The notes under the pieces were generated by a model. The model was not told where the DNA came from and searched no databases. It worked only from the letters and a program-made list of their open reading frames with translations. A DNA stretch of 37,872 nt from a virus (taxonomy: Duplodnaviria > Heunggongvirae > Uroviricota > Caudoviricetes): positions 1-37,872 of IMG/VR virus record IMGVR_UViG_2563366845_000004. One strand, given 5' to 3'. The position numbers and the translations under genes were made by a program. Below are positions 18,846-27,870 of the stretch, one piece after another (within the stretch, counting starts at the first letter, position 1; every line of letters starts with the position of its first letter).

Positions 18846-18848
18846 ATT

Positions 18849-19064
18849 ATGACGCTTGAGCGAATCAGCGCCTTTATCACGTACTGCATCGCCGTTGTGC
18901 TGGCCTGGCTGGGCGATTTGTCCATCAAGGATGCCTCAACGCTGGGTGGCCTGATGATTGGTGTACTGATGCTGGCTATCAACTGGTACTACAAACACAA
19001 AGCCTACCAGCTTCTGCGCGACGGGCAGATCTCGCGGGAGGACTATGAATCCATCAATCGTTAA
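18849..19064 (+). CDS. Holin
   Basis: 71 aa with two hydrophobic helices and a charged C-terminus, immediately before the lysozyme. Confidence 0.7.
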   Translation: MTLERISAFITYCIAVVLAWLGDLSIKDASTLGGLMIGVLMLAINWYYKHKAYQLLRDGQISREDYESINR

Positions 19065-19560
19065 ACGCTGCCTTGTCGGGACCGTGATGGCTATTGCTGC
19101 CACGCTGCCGGGTTTTCAGCAGCTTCACACCTCCGTGGAGGGGCTGAAACTGATTGCCGATTACGAAGGCTGTCGTCTGCAGCCGTATCAGTGCAGCGCG
19201 GGTGTCTGGACCGACGGCATTGGTAATACATCGGGCGTCATTCCCGGCAAAACAATCACGGAACGACAGGCAGCAGAAGGGCTGATCTCAAACGTGCTAC
19301 GTGTGGAGCGGGCGCTGGAAAGATGTGTGAAGCAACAGCCGCCACAAAAGGTGTATGACGCGGTGGTGTCGTTTGCCTTCAACGTGGGGACGGGCAATGC
19401 CTGCAGTTCCACAATGGTGAAGTTACTCAATCAGCGGCGCTGGGCGGATGCGTGCCGACAGTTGCCGCGCTGGGTTTATGTGAAAGGTGTTTTTAATCAG
19501 GGGCTGGATAACCGCCGTGCGCGGGAGATGGCCTGGTGCCTTAAAGGAGCTGGACTATGA
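19045..19560 (+). CDS. Endolysin (phage lysozyme, possibly SAR-type)
   Basis: 171 aa; lysozyme-like region (...DYEGCRLQPYQCSAGVWTDGIGNT...) after a weakly hydrophobic N-terminal segment (LVGTVMAIAATLPG); GGGAGG RBS. Confidence 0.8.
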   Translation: MNPSIVKRCLVGTVMAIAATLPGFQQLHTSVEGLKLIADYEGCRLQPYQCSAGVWTDGIGNTSGVIPGKTITERQAAEGLISNVLRVERALERCVKQQPPQKVYDAVVSFAFNVGTGNACSSTMVKLLNQRRWADACRQLPRWVYVKGVFNQGLDNRRAREMAWCLKGAGL

Positions 19561-19985
19561 CACGTGCGCTGGCGGTAGTGGCGGCGCTGGCACTCGTTGC
19601 GCTGGGCTGGCAGTCGTGGCGGCTTAACAGCGCCAGCCACACCATCGAAACGCAGCGCGCGGCGCTGAAAAGTAAAGCGCACGAACTAACGAAGAAAAAT
19701 AGCCAGCTGATCAGTCTGTCCATTCTGGCTGAAACCAACAATCGGGAGCAGGCGCGGCTCTACGCCGAAGCAGAACAGACCAGTGCACTGCTGAGACAAC
19801 GACAACGCCGGATTGAGGAACTGAAACGTGAGAACGAGGATTTACGCCGCTGGGCTGATACTCCTTTGCCTGCTGACATTATCCGGCTGCGGAAACGTCC
19901 GGCATTCACCGGAGGTGCAGCTTACCGTCAGTGGTTGTCCGCGAGTGACGCCGTGTCGGCTGGATCAGGAAACGCCGCGCACTAA
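19557..19985 (+). CDS. LysB / Rz-like i-spanin
   Basis: 142 aa with N-terminal TM helix (ALAVVAALALVALGW) and coiled-coil body. Confidence 0.75.
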   Translation: MTRALAVVAALALVALGWQSWRLNSASHTIETQRAALKSKAHELTKKNSQLISLSILAETNNREQARLYAEAEQTSALLRQRQRRIEELKRENEDLRRWADTPLPADIIRLRKRPAFTGGAAYRQWLSASDAVSAGSGNAAH

Positions 19986-20118
19986 CGGTGATCTGAACGC
20001 GTTGCTGGATGAAACGGAGGCCGCCTGGGCGGTCTGTGCAGACAAAGTGGACATGATTATTGCGTGTCAGGAGCGAAACAGTGAACAAACCACAATCCCT
20101 GCGCCACGCCCTCAATAA
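19828..20118 (+). CDS. LysC / Rz1-like o-spanin lipoprotein, embedded out of frame in lysB
   Basis: GTG start with GAGGAA RBS; lipobox LTLSGC; begins inside lysB in another frame and extends past its stop. Confidence 0.65.
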   Translation: MRTRIYAAGLILLCLLTLSGCGNVRHSPEVQLTVSGCPRVTPCRLDQETPRTNGDLNALLDETEAAWAVCADKVDMIIACQERNSEQTTIPAPRPQ

Positions 20119-20512
20119 AGCGGTGCCTTATGTCCGCAATAACCCGGACAAACTGCATCTGTTTGTGGATAACGGTTCGCTGGTTGCTACGGGGGCCAGC
20201 TCCATGTCATGGGAGTACCGTTACACCCTGAATGTGGTGATTGAGGATTTCAGTGGCGACCAGAATCTGCTGATGGCCCCGGTTTTGCTGTGGCTGCGTG
20301 ATAACCAGCCCGATGCCATCAATAACCCGGCGTTACGGGAAAAACTATTCACCTTTGAGGTGGATATTCTGCGCAACGATGTCTGTGATATCAGCCTTAA
20401 CCTGCAACTGACGGAACGTGTGCTGGTCAGCACTGACGGCACTGTGTCCAGCGTTGAAGCTGTAGCGGAACCCGATGAACCTGAAGAAATGTGGACGGTG
20501 AAACGTGGCTGA
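20081..20512 (+). CDS. Tail completion protein (P2 gpR-like)
   Basis: ORF 20060..20512; probable GTG start at 20081 preceded by AGGAG. Confidence 0.75.
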   Translation: MNKPQSLRHALNKAVPYVRNNPDKLHLFVDNGSLVATGASSMSWEYRYTLNVVIEDFSGDQNLLMAPVLLWLRDNQPDAINNPALREKLFTFEVDILRNDVCDISLNLQLTERVLVSTDGTVSSVEAVAEPDEPEEMWTVKRG

Positions 20513-20951
20513 ACTGCAGAAGGTGGACGACTGGCTGAGTGCCTTGCTGGCGAATCTGGAGCCAGCCGCAAGAAGCCGCATGATGCGCCAGCTGGCGCAG
20601 GAACTGCGCCGGACACAGCAGCAGAATATCAGGATGCAGCGCAACCCTGACGGCAGCAGCTATGAACCGCGACGGGTAACAGCACGCAGTAAAAAAGGCC
20701 GTATCAAACGTCAGATGTTTGCAAAGCTGCGCACCACAAAATACCTGAAAACTGCCGCCAGCGCCGATTCTGCCAGCGTGCAGTTTGAAGGTAAGGTGCA
20801 GCGTATTGCCCGCGTTCACCATTACGGCCTGCGTGATCGCGTCAGTCGTAAAGGGCCGGAGGTCCGTTACGCAGAGCGTAAGCTATTGGGTATCCACGAT
20901 AAAGAATATTATCAAATCAAGGATACCCTATTTGAATGGTTATCTAAATAA
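20505..20951 (+). CDS. Tail completion / virion morphogenesis protein (P2 gpS-like)
   Basis: 148 aa, GTG start overlapping the gpR stop; last gene of the head/lysis late operon. Confidence 0.75.
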   Translation: MAELQKVDDWLSALLANLEPAARSRMMRQLAQELRRTQQQNIRMQRNPDGSSYEPRRVTARSKKGRIKRQMFAKLRTTKYLKTAASADSASVQFEGKVQRIARVHHYGLRDRVSRKGPEVRYAERKLLGIHDKEYYQIKDTLFEWLSK

Positions 20952-20976
20952 TATAAAAATACATCTGTATTTTTTC

Positions 20977-21858
20977 TTATTTCATTTCGTGTGGCATATT
21001 TATGGCTTTGATTTTTTCGTGGTAATGATTAAACTCAATATGAGTATTGGTAAAATTAGATTCAAATGTATTCATTAAATTGGAATATAGTGATTCATAT
21101 GATAAGGATACTTTTTTTCCATTTTTTTCTGCAGTTGTGCTAATGTACCTATGTACTGCAGAAAAAAGAAAATGACCTCTAAGCCACTTTCTGTATTCTA
21201 TCGATTTTGATTTGAAAGATGAATCGATGTTATCTGGTTCCACACCTAATTTTTCAATAATGGTGTTTTTGTAATCCGTGATTTTTTGCTCGCAAATTTC
21301 ATTTGATTTTCTAGATTTCATGAAACGATCTGCACTGTCACCAATAACTGAAATGCCTTTTCTATAAATATGATTGTATATATCAAGTTTTATTAGGGGT
21401 TCCATTTTGGTATAAAAGTCTTCTGTCCAAGAATCGATGTTGACATCGTTCATTATCTTTTGCGGTAATTTCCCGAGAGTTTTTATTGCCTTATATATGC
21501 CTGTTTTGTCAATAAATGTGTTTTCGATGGAGTGCCCATAAGTTTTTACAATACGACTATCAGCGTTTTCTTCATTTTCAAATGTAGTGAAGTCTGCATC
21601 ACATGCAATAATAATTTGAAGATCTTCATCAGTAACTCTATCAATATATTTTTTTAATTCTTCACAGCCGCCAACATCTTTGATTTCAACCTTTAATGAA
21701 CTAGCTTTATTAAAGATGATTTCCCAAAAGCAAATATCATCTGGGCCTTCAACATAAACCATGGCTTCAGCTTGGTAAAATAAATTCATTACATTTTCTG
21801 CTTCGGCAGAATAATGGAAATCATCCATGAACCAATTTCTCCATATCAAAGATTGCAT
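20977..21858 (-). CDS. Toprim/DUF4435-like nuclease partner (AriB-like) of a split OLD-family system
   Basis: 293 aa, AT-rich; N-terminal VYVEGPDDICFW (Toprim E-G..D) and IIACDADFT (DxD-like); start may be M1 (21858) or M11 (21828), overlapping or abutting the upstream ATPase gene. Confidence 0.55.
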   Translation of the reverse strand: MQSLIWRNWFMDDFHYSAEAENVMNLFYQAEAMVYVEGPDDICFWEIIFNKASSLKVEIKDVGGCEELKKYIDRVTDEDLQIIIACDADFTTFENEENADSRIVKTYGHSIENTFIDKTGIYKAIKTLGKLPQKIMNDVNIDSWTEDFYTKMEPLIKLDIYNHIYRKGISVIGDSADRFMKSRKSNEICEQKITDYKNTIIEKLGVEPDNIDSSFKSKSIEYRKWLRGHFLFSAVHRYISTTAEKNGKKVSLSYESLYSNLMNTFESNFTNTHIEFNHYHEKIKAINMPHEMK

Positions 21859-23080
21859 TTCGATATTTAGAGGCCACTTCTGGTGAATGCGTAGCGGCGA
21901 TAATTTGTGCGTTAGGGTTAAGTTGTTTGATTGCAGGTATTATTTTTCGTTGCCATGCAATATGTAGTGATAATTCTGGTTCATCAGTAAGATAGATGAA
22001 AGGTTTTTTTTGCTGTAGCAAAGTTTCAATAAAAAGAATTAATAGCTGTTTTTCTCCAGACGATAAATTACTATGGCTAATCGGCCCATGCTCGTTTTCT
22101 ATTACTAGCTCACCGGAGATAAAATTAAATTTTTTATCGGTTATGAACTCATGTAATGTTTCTAAAAATAGATTTATAGGAAGAAATATGTTTTTTATTT
22201 CCTCCTCGGATTTTAAAGACATCTTTATAATTCTTTGCGTCTTTCGTAATGCCTCAAATGATCTGTAATCTACATTTAAAATATTTCTGTTGTTTTTTTC
22301 TGCAAGTCGTAGTTCTTCAAATGTATTGGCAATAGATTCAACGTGAAAGTTAATCTTCTTTCTGACATCGCTATCAAAAGCTCCAAGTTGAGAATATGCA
22401 GCTATTAAATTTCTACGTTCTTTTTCTTTATCAAAAGAAAAGTTAAATGTGTCATCGATACCATCTTCTTTACTATAAAGAATAGAAGCAAGAACCTCTT
22501 TCTGTAATTTTGCAGAAACATCACGAGCTCTTTGTGATAAGTAAAGCTGATATTTTGTTAGATTCTGCAATAATTGTTCTAATCGGTAATCAACGGGGTT
22601 GATTAATTTTGAGCCATATTTGTCTCTGATTTCAAAATCTTCACCGCTTCTAAGTCGGTAAACTGATAGAGAAGATAAAGCAACTAATTTATCTAGCTCT
22701 AACTTAAGTTTTTCAACGTCTTCCTGATATTTTCTCCTCATATATATAGGCAGCCTACGATCTTCAAAGGATCTGATAATATATTTCTTTCTAGAAATTG
22801 TATATTCAAACGTAGGCAAAGCCTTAGTTATGTCAAATTTACTCACAACTTTTATTGTTTTAGTTTTGCTTCCTTCTTTTATTTTTATTGTTACATTATC
22901 AAAACTATTCTCATTTAACGATTCAAGTTCTAATGCCAGAACTGAGTGAAGAATATTCATAAAGGTTGTTTTACCGGTCCCATTTCGACCAATAATAATA
23001 TTTACATCTTCATTAAATGAACATGATGCATTTAGTCTTCCCCAAAAACCTTCAATCTTGACACTAGATAATCTAAACAT
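21821..23080 (-). CDS. OLD/AAA_21-type ABC ATPase (AriA-like)
   Basis: 419 aa; Walker A GRNGTGKTT, ABC signature LSSGEKQ, Walker B FIYLTDEPELSLH, H-loop ATHSPE; AAGGA RBS; AT-rich. Confidence 0.7.
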   Translation of the reverse strand: MFRLSSVKIEGFWGRLNASCSFNEDVNIIIGRNGTGKTTFMNILHSVLALELESLNENSFDNVTIKIKEGSKTKTIKVVSKFDITKALPTFEYTISRKKYIIRSFEDRRLPIYMRRKYQEDVEKLKLELDKLVALSSLSVYRLRSGEDFEIRDKYGSKLINPVDYRLEQLLQNLTKYQLYLSQRARDVSAKLQKEVLASILYSKEDGIDDTFNFSFDKEKERRNLIAAYSQLGAFDSDVRKKINFHVESIANTFEELRLAEKNNRNILNVDYRSFEALRKTQRIIKMSLKSEEEIKNIFLPINLFLETLHEFITDKKFNFISGELVIENEHGPISHSNLSSGEKQLLILFIETLLQQKKPFIYLTDEPELSLHIAWQRKIIPAIKQLNPNAQIIAATHSPEVASKYRNAIFDMEKLVHG

Positions 23081-23116
23081 AGGAATCCTTTATTTAGTCC
23101 ATGAGTAAATGCACTT

Positions 23117-23134
23117 TGTATCATAACTGGCACA
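23117..23134. promoter_or_regulatory. Late promoter element (TGT-N12-ACA dyad) upstream of the V operon
   Basis: Exact TGT-N12-ACA in the 100-bp gap between the divergent AriA-like gene and V. Confidence 0.45.
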
Positions 23135-23180
23135 AAACTAAAGAGTTTTTTTATCAATCTTAAATCAGCATGATTAAATT

Positions 23181-23759
23181 ATGAACGCACAATTAACCGA
23201 AATCATGCGCCTTATCACCAACCTGATCCGCACTGGTGTAGTCACCGAAGTGGACCGGGAGAATTGGCTTTGCCGGGTGAAAACAGGCGACCTTGAAACC
23301 AACTGGATTAACTGGCTGACACTGCGCGCGGGCAAATCGCGCACCTGGTGGAAACCGTCTGTGGGCGAGCAGGTTGTGCTGTTCAGCCTGGGTGGCAATC
23401 TGGAAACCGCGTTTGCCCTGCCTGCAGTCTACTCAAATCAGTTTCCGCCACCTTCAGACTCTGAGGACGGCAACGTGGTTGAGTACCCGGACGGTGGCTG
23501 GTTTGAATACGAACCCGCTACCGGGCGCTGGTATGTCAGGGGAATCAAATCCATGGTCATTGAAGCTGCCGACAACATCACCCTGAAAACCAGTGAGTTT
23601 GTGCTGGAGGCCGACCGCACGCGTATTAACAGCGAAATGGTAATCAATGGTGGCGTTACCCAGGGCGGCGGTGCAATGAGTTCTAACGGGATCGTGGTTG
23701 ATGCGCATCAGCATACTGGCGTCCTGAAAGGCGGCGATACAACCGGAGGCCCGGTATGA
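23181..23759 (+). CDS. Baseplate spike / assembly protein V (P2 gpV-like)
   Basis: 192 aa with the gpV-like N-terminal region (…RAGKSRTWWKPSVGEQV…). Confidence 0.85.
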   Translation: MNAQLTEIMRLITNLIRTGVVTEVDRENWLCRVKTGDLETNWINWLTLRAGKSRTWWKPSVGEQVVLFSLGGNLETAFALPAVYSNQFPPPSDSEDGNVVEYPDGGWFEYEPATGRWYVRGIKSMVIEAADNITLKTSEFVLEADRTRINSEMVINGGVTQGGGAMSSNGIVVDAHQHTGVLKGGDTTGGPV

Positions 23760-24115
23760 CGCTTTATAGCGGGATGAACAATATCAGCGGTAAAGCCATT
23801 ACTGATATTGACCATCTGCGCCAGTCGGTGCGGGACATTCTGCTGACGCCACAGGGTAGCCGCATTGCCCGTCGTGAATATGGTTCCCTGCTGTCGGCAC
23901 TGATAGACCAGCCACAAAATCCGGCATTACGCCTGCAGGTCATGTCGGCAGTGTATGTGGCGCTGAGTCGCTGGGAGCCACGGCTGACGCTGGATTCCAT
24001 CACCATCAACAGCAACTTTGACGGTTCTATGGTGGTGGAGCTGACCGGGCGGCGGAATAACGGTGTACCTGTGTCCCTTTCCGTATCAACAGGAGCAGAG
24101 AATGGCAGTGATTGA
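23756..24115 (+). CDS. Baseplate protein W (P2 gpW-like)
   Basis: 119 aa, start overlaps the gpV stop; P2 order. Confidence 0.8.
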   Translation: MTLYSGMNNISGKAITDIDHLRQSVRDILLTPQGSRIARREYGSLLSALIDQPQNPALRLQVMSAVYVALSRWEPRLTLDSITINSNFDGSMVVELTGRRNNGVPVSLSVSTGAENGSD

Positions 24116-25010
24116 CCTCTCGCAGTTGCCTGCACCGCAGATTGTGGATGTGCCGGACTTTGAGACGCTGCTTGCCGAACGCAAGGCAGAATTTGTGGCG
24201 CTTCATCCGAAAGATGAGCAGGAAGCAGTGTTCCGCACGCTGGAACTGGAATCTGAACCCGTCACCAAATTGTTGCAGGAGAACGCTTATCGTGAGTTGC
24301 TTCTGCGCCAGCGCATTAACGAAGCCGCGCAGGCGGTGATGGTGGCTTATGCCATAGGGAGCGATCTGGACCAGCTCGCTGCCAATTACAACGTGAAACG
24401 CCTGACGGTGACGCCTGCTGATAATGACGCTGTGCCGCCCGTTGCGGCAGTGATGGAAAGTGATGAAGCGTTACGCCTGCGTGTGCCTGCAGCCTTTGAG
24501 GGGCTTTCAGTTGCGGGGCCAACTGCAGCTTATGAATTTCATGCCCGAAGCGCCGACGGTCGGGTGGCGGATGCCAGTGCAACCAGCCCGGCACCTGCAG
24601 AGGTGGTGCTGACTGTCCTTAGCCGCGAAGGCGATGGAACAGCAGAAAAAGACCTGCTGGATGTGGTGGAGAAAGCCCTGAACAGTGAGAACGTCCGCCC
24701 GGTGGCTGACCGTCTGACGGTTCGCAGTGCAGAAATCATCCCGTACCGCGTGGAAGCTACCATTTTTCTCTATCCGGGGCCGGAAGCAGAGCCGGTAATG
24801 GCAGCGGCAAAAGCCAGCCTGCAGAGGTACATTGCCAGTCAGACGCGGCTTGGTCGGGATATTCGCCGTAGCGCCATTTTTGCCGCGCTGCATGTTGAGG
24901 GTGTTCAGCGTGTGGAACTGGCTTCCCCGCTGGCGGATGTGGTCCTGAACAAAACTCAGGCGGCATCATGTACGGAGTGGAGCGTGATCAACGGGGGAAC
25001 GGATGAATAG
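24102..25010 (+). CDS. Baseplate assembly protein J (P2 gpJ-like)
   Basis: ATG at 24102 with AGGAG RBS (ORF 24063..25010); 302 aa. Confidence 0.8.
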   Translation: MAVIDLSQLPAPQIVDVPDFETLLAERKAEFVALHPKDEQEAVFRTLELESEPVTKLLQENAYRELLLRQRINEAAQAVMVAYAIGSDLDQLAANYNVKRLTVTPADNDAVPPVAAVMESDEALRLRVPAAFEGLSVAGPTAAYEFHARSADGRVADASATSPAPAEVVLTVLSREGDGTAEKDLLDVVEKALNSENVRPVADRLTVRSAEIIPYRVEATIFLYPGPEAEPVMAAAKASLQRYIASQTRLGRDIRRSAIFAALHVEGVQRVELASPLADVVLNKTQAASCTEWSVINGGTDE

Positions 25011-25608
25011 TCTGCTGCCACCGGGTTCAACACCACTGGAGCGCCGACTGGCACAAACCTGCAGCGGGATTTCTGATTTGCAGGTGCCGCTGCGTGACCT
25101 GTGGGATCCGGCTACCTGTCCGGTCAGTTTCCTGCCTTATCTCGCCTGGGCGTTCTCTGTGGATCGATGGGACGAGGGCTGGACGGAAAGCGTCAAACGC
25201 CAGGTGGTGAAGGATGCTTTTTATATACATCAGCATAAAGGAACCACCAGTGCCGTGCGGCGGGTGGTGGAGCCGTTCGGCTTCCTGATCCGCATTATTG
25301 AGTGGTGGCAGACCGGAGAAACACCCGGCACGTTTCGCCTGGATATTGGCGTGCAGGACCAGGGCATCACTGAAGATACCTATCTGGAACTTGAGCGGCT
25401 GATAAGCGATGCCAAACCATGCAGCCGTCACATGACTGGCATGTCCATCAATCTGCAGACCAGCGGTCCGCATTGGGTAGGGGCTGCCAGCTATCTTGGC
25501 GAAGAAATCACGATCTATCCGTATATCAACGAAACGATTATTTCCGGCGGCACCGCGCATGAGGGCGGGGCAGTCCACGTTATTGACACAGTGAGAGTGA
25601 ATCCATGA
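25003..25608 (+). CDS. Baseplate/tail protein I (P2 gpI-like)
   Basis: 201 aa between J and the tail fibre gene. Confidence 0.75.
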   Translation: MNSLLPPGSTPLERRLAQTCSGISDLQVPLRDLWDPATCPVSFLPYLAWAFSVDRWDEGWTESVKRQVVKDAFYIHQHKGTTSAVRRVVEPFGFLIRIIEWWQTGETPGTFRLDIGVQDQGITEDTYLELERLISDAKPCSRHMTGMSINLQTSGPHWVGAASYLGEEITIYPYINETIISGGTAHEGGAVHVIDTVRVNP

Positions 25609-27134
25609 GCACAAAATTTTATACCCTGCTGACGGAGATTGGTGCGGCGAAGCTTGCCAGCGCCACTGCACTTGGTGTGCCGCTTAAAATTACCCATATG
25701 GCGGTGGGGGATGGCGGCGGAGCATTGCCGACGCCGGACGCAAAGCAGACTGCACTGGTAAATGAGAAACGCCGGGCTGCGCTGAATATGCTCTATATCG
25801 ACCCGCAGAACAGCAGCCAGATTATTGCTGAACAGGTGATCCCTGAAAACGAGGGCGGTTGGTGGATACGTGAAGTGGGCCTGTTTGATGAGTCAGGGGC
25901 ATTGATTGCCGTGGGCAACTGCCCGGAAAGCTATAAGCCGCAACTGGCTGAAGGCAGCGGGCGCACCCAGACCGTGCGTATAGTGCTGATAACCAGCAGC
26001 ACGGACAATATCACCCTGAAAATCGATCCTGCCGTCGTGCTGGCAACCCGCAAGTATGTGGATGACAAGGCACTGGAGCTGAAGGTGTATGTGGATGATC
26101 TGATGGCAAAACACCTTGCCGCACCAGACCCGCATTCACAGTACGCGCCAAAAGCCAGCCCGACATTTACCGGAACCCCCAAAGCGCCAACGCCAGCGGC
26201 AGGGAATAATACCACGCAGGTTGCGACCACCGCGTTTGTACAGGCGGCACTGACGGCTCTTATTAATGGTGCGCCAGCCACGCTGGACACACTGAAAGAA
26301 ATAGCCGCAGCCATTAACAATGACCCGAAATTCAGCACCACCATTAACAATGCGCTGGCACTGAAAGCGCCGCTGTCGAGTCCGGCACTTACCGGAACGC
26401 CAACAGCACCTACTGCGGCACAGTCGGTCAACAATACACAGATTGCCACCACGGCTTTTGTGAAATCGGCGATTGCAGCAATGGTGGGCTCTGCACCTGC
26501 GGCACTGGATACACTGAACGAACTGGCGGCGGCGCTGGGGAATGACCCGAACTTTGCCACGACAATGCTTAATGCACTGGCAGGTAAACAACCGCTGGAC
26601 AATACGCTGACTAATTTGAGTGGAAAGGATGTAGCTGGTCTTCTCGCATACCTTGGTTTGGGAGAAGGCTCTGCATTACCTGTTGGTGTCCCTGTTCCGT
26701 GGCCTTCAGCCACTCCGCCAACAGGCTGGCTGAAATGCAACGGAGCAGCTTTTTCTGCTGAAGAATACCCGGAACTGGCAAAGGCTTACCCGACAAATAA
26801 ATTGCCAGATTTACGTGGTGAGTTTATTCGTGGCTGGGATGACGGGCGTGGTATTGATGCTGGACGTGCTTTATTGAGCCTTCAGGCCGGGATGCTGGAA
26901 AAACACCGCCATATTGTTGTTGCCAATGATGGTTACGACACAAAAGATGAATGGGAACTGGCTACGATTTTCAAAAAAACATACACACAAGGACGGGGAC
27001 TTGATGCCACAAATACAGGAGGGAGTCTGATCCCATCACCGACACTTCATTCACGAGGGAGTATCGGTAATACTGGCGGGAGTGAGACCCGTCCACGAAA
27101 TATTGCATTTAACTTTATCGTGAGGGCTGCATAA
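25605..27134 (+). CDS. Tail fibre protein (P2 gpH-like)
   Basis: 509 aa; conserved N-terminus, three internal repeats (…TPKAPT.A…NNT.IATTAFV…ALDTL.E.AAA…NDP.F…) and a C-terminal collar-like region (WLKCNGAAFSAEEYPELAKAYP). Confidence 0.85.
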   Translation: MSTKFYTLLTEIGAAKLASATALGVPLKITHMAVGDGGGALPTPDAKQTALVNEKRRAALNMLYIDPQNSSQIIAEQVIPENEGGWWIREVGLFDESGALIAVGNCPESYKPQLAEGSGRTQTVRIVLITSSTDNITLKIDPAVVLATRKYVDDKALELKVYVDDLMAKHLAAPDPHSQYAPKASPTFTGTPKAPTPAAGNNTTQVATTAFVQAALTALINGAPATLDTLKEIAAAINNDPKFSTTINNALALKAPLSSPALTGTPTAPTAAQSVNNTQIATTAFVKSAIAAMVGSAPAALDTLNELAAALGNDPNFATTMLNALAGKQPLDNTLTNLSGKDVAGLLAYLGLGEGSALPVGVPVPWPSATPPTGWLKCNGAAFSAEEYPELAKAYPTNKLPDLRGEFIRGWDDGRGIDAGRALLSLQAGMLEKHRHIVVANDGYDTKDEWELATIFKKTYTQGRGLDATNTGGSLIPSPTLHSRGSIGNTGGSETRPRNIAFNFIVRAA

Positions 27135-27736
27135 TGGATAACGCAGTATTAAATAGCGAGTTTATTGCCACGAAGGCGGGGAATATTACCGTCTATAACT
27201 ACGATGGTGAAACTCGGGAATATATTTCTGCATCAACTGAATATCTTGCAGTGGGTGTCGGTATTCCAGCATATTCTTGTTTAGACGCTCCTGGTACATA
27301 TAAGGCTGGTTATACAATTTGCCGTTCTGTAGATTTAAATTCATGGGAATATGTGCCAGACCATCGCGGTGAAATCGTCTATAACACCGAAACGGGGGAC
27401 TCAAAAGAAATCACAGTGCCGGGAGATTACCCTGAAAAGACAACCACTATTGCTCCGTTAACACCATACGATAAGTGGGATGGTGAGAAATGGGTGACGG
27501 ATACCAAAGCGCAACATAACGCAGCAGTGGAAGGGGCTGAACTGCAACGCCAGTCACTGATTGATGATGCCATGTCTTCCATTGTTCTGATTCAACTAAA
27601 ATTGCAGGCTGGAAGAAAATTAACTGCGGAAGAAACAGTAAAGCTCGATTCCGTTCTTGACTATATCGACGTGGTAGCAGCAATAGATATCAGCACAGCT
27701 CCTGATATTAACTGGCCCAAACCACCAGAAATTTAA
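27134..27736 (+). CDS. Tail fibre assembly chaperone (P2 gpG-like)
   Basis: 200 aa; start overlaps the H stop (TAATG). Confidence 0.8.
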   Translation: MDNAVLNSEFIATKAGNITVYNYDGETREYISASTEYLAVGVGIPAYSCLDAPGTYKAGYTICRSVDLNSWEYVPDHRGEIVYNTETGDSKEITVPGDYPEKTTTIAPLTPYDKWDGEKWVTDTKAQHNAAVEGAELQRQSLIDDAMSSIVLIQLKLQAGRKLTAEETVKLDSVLDYIDVVAAIDISTAPDINWPKPPEI

Positions 27737-27743
27737 ATTCCTG

Positions 27744-27767
27744 CCCCGCGCCTGCGGGGATTTTTTC
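27744..27767 (+). terminator. Rho-independent terminator after the tail fibre operon
   Basis: CCCCGC-GCCT-GCGGGG hairpin followed by ATTTTTTC. Confidence 0.7.
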
Positions 27768-27777
27768 ACCCCGTCGT

Positions 27778-27795
27778 TGTGCCATTTTCTATACA
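27778..27795. promoter_or_regulatory. Late promoter element (TGT-N12-ACA dyad) upstream of the sheath/tube operon
   Basis: Exact TGT-N12-ACA about 80 bp upstream of the sheath gene ATG. Confidence 0.5.
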
Positions 27796-27870
27796 AAACC
27801 CATCGCGTGCACCCTGCGTGTATCAACCAGAACATAGGCAGACCCCCTCTACAACCGGAGAGACTGCCTT

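Noticed and set aside
26160-26560. Three tandem roughly 120-nt repeats
   Set aside because: They are in-frame protein repeats within the tail fibre gene, not a CRISPR array or mobile-element repeat.
25931-26740. 269-aa minus-strand ORF inside the tail fibre gene (and nested 26136..26591)
   Set aside because: Antisense to gpH across its internal repeats; low-complexity composition; no independent start signals.
27737-27870. Possible Z/fun-type cargo at the G-FI junction
   Set aside because: Only about 130 bp separate G from FI, holding a terminator and the late-promoter dyad; no cargo gene is present.
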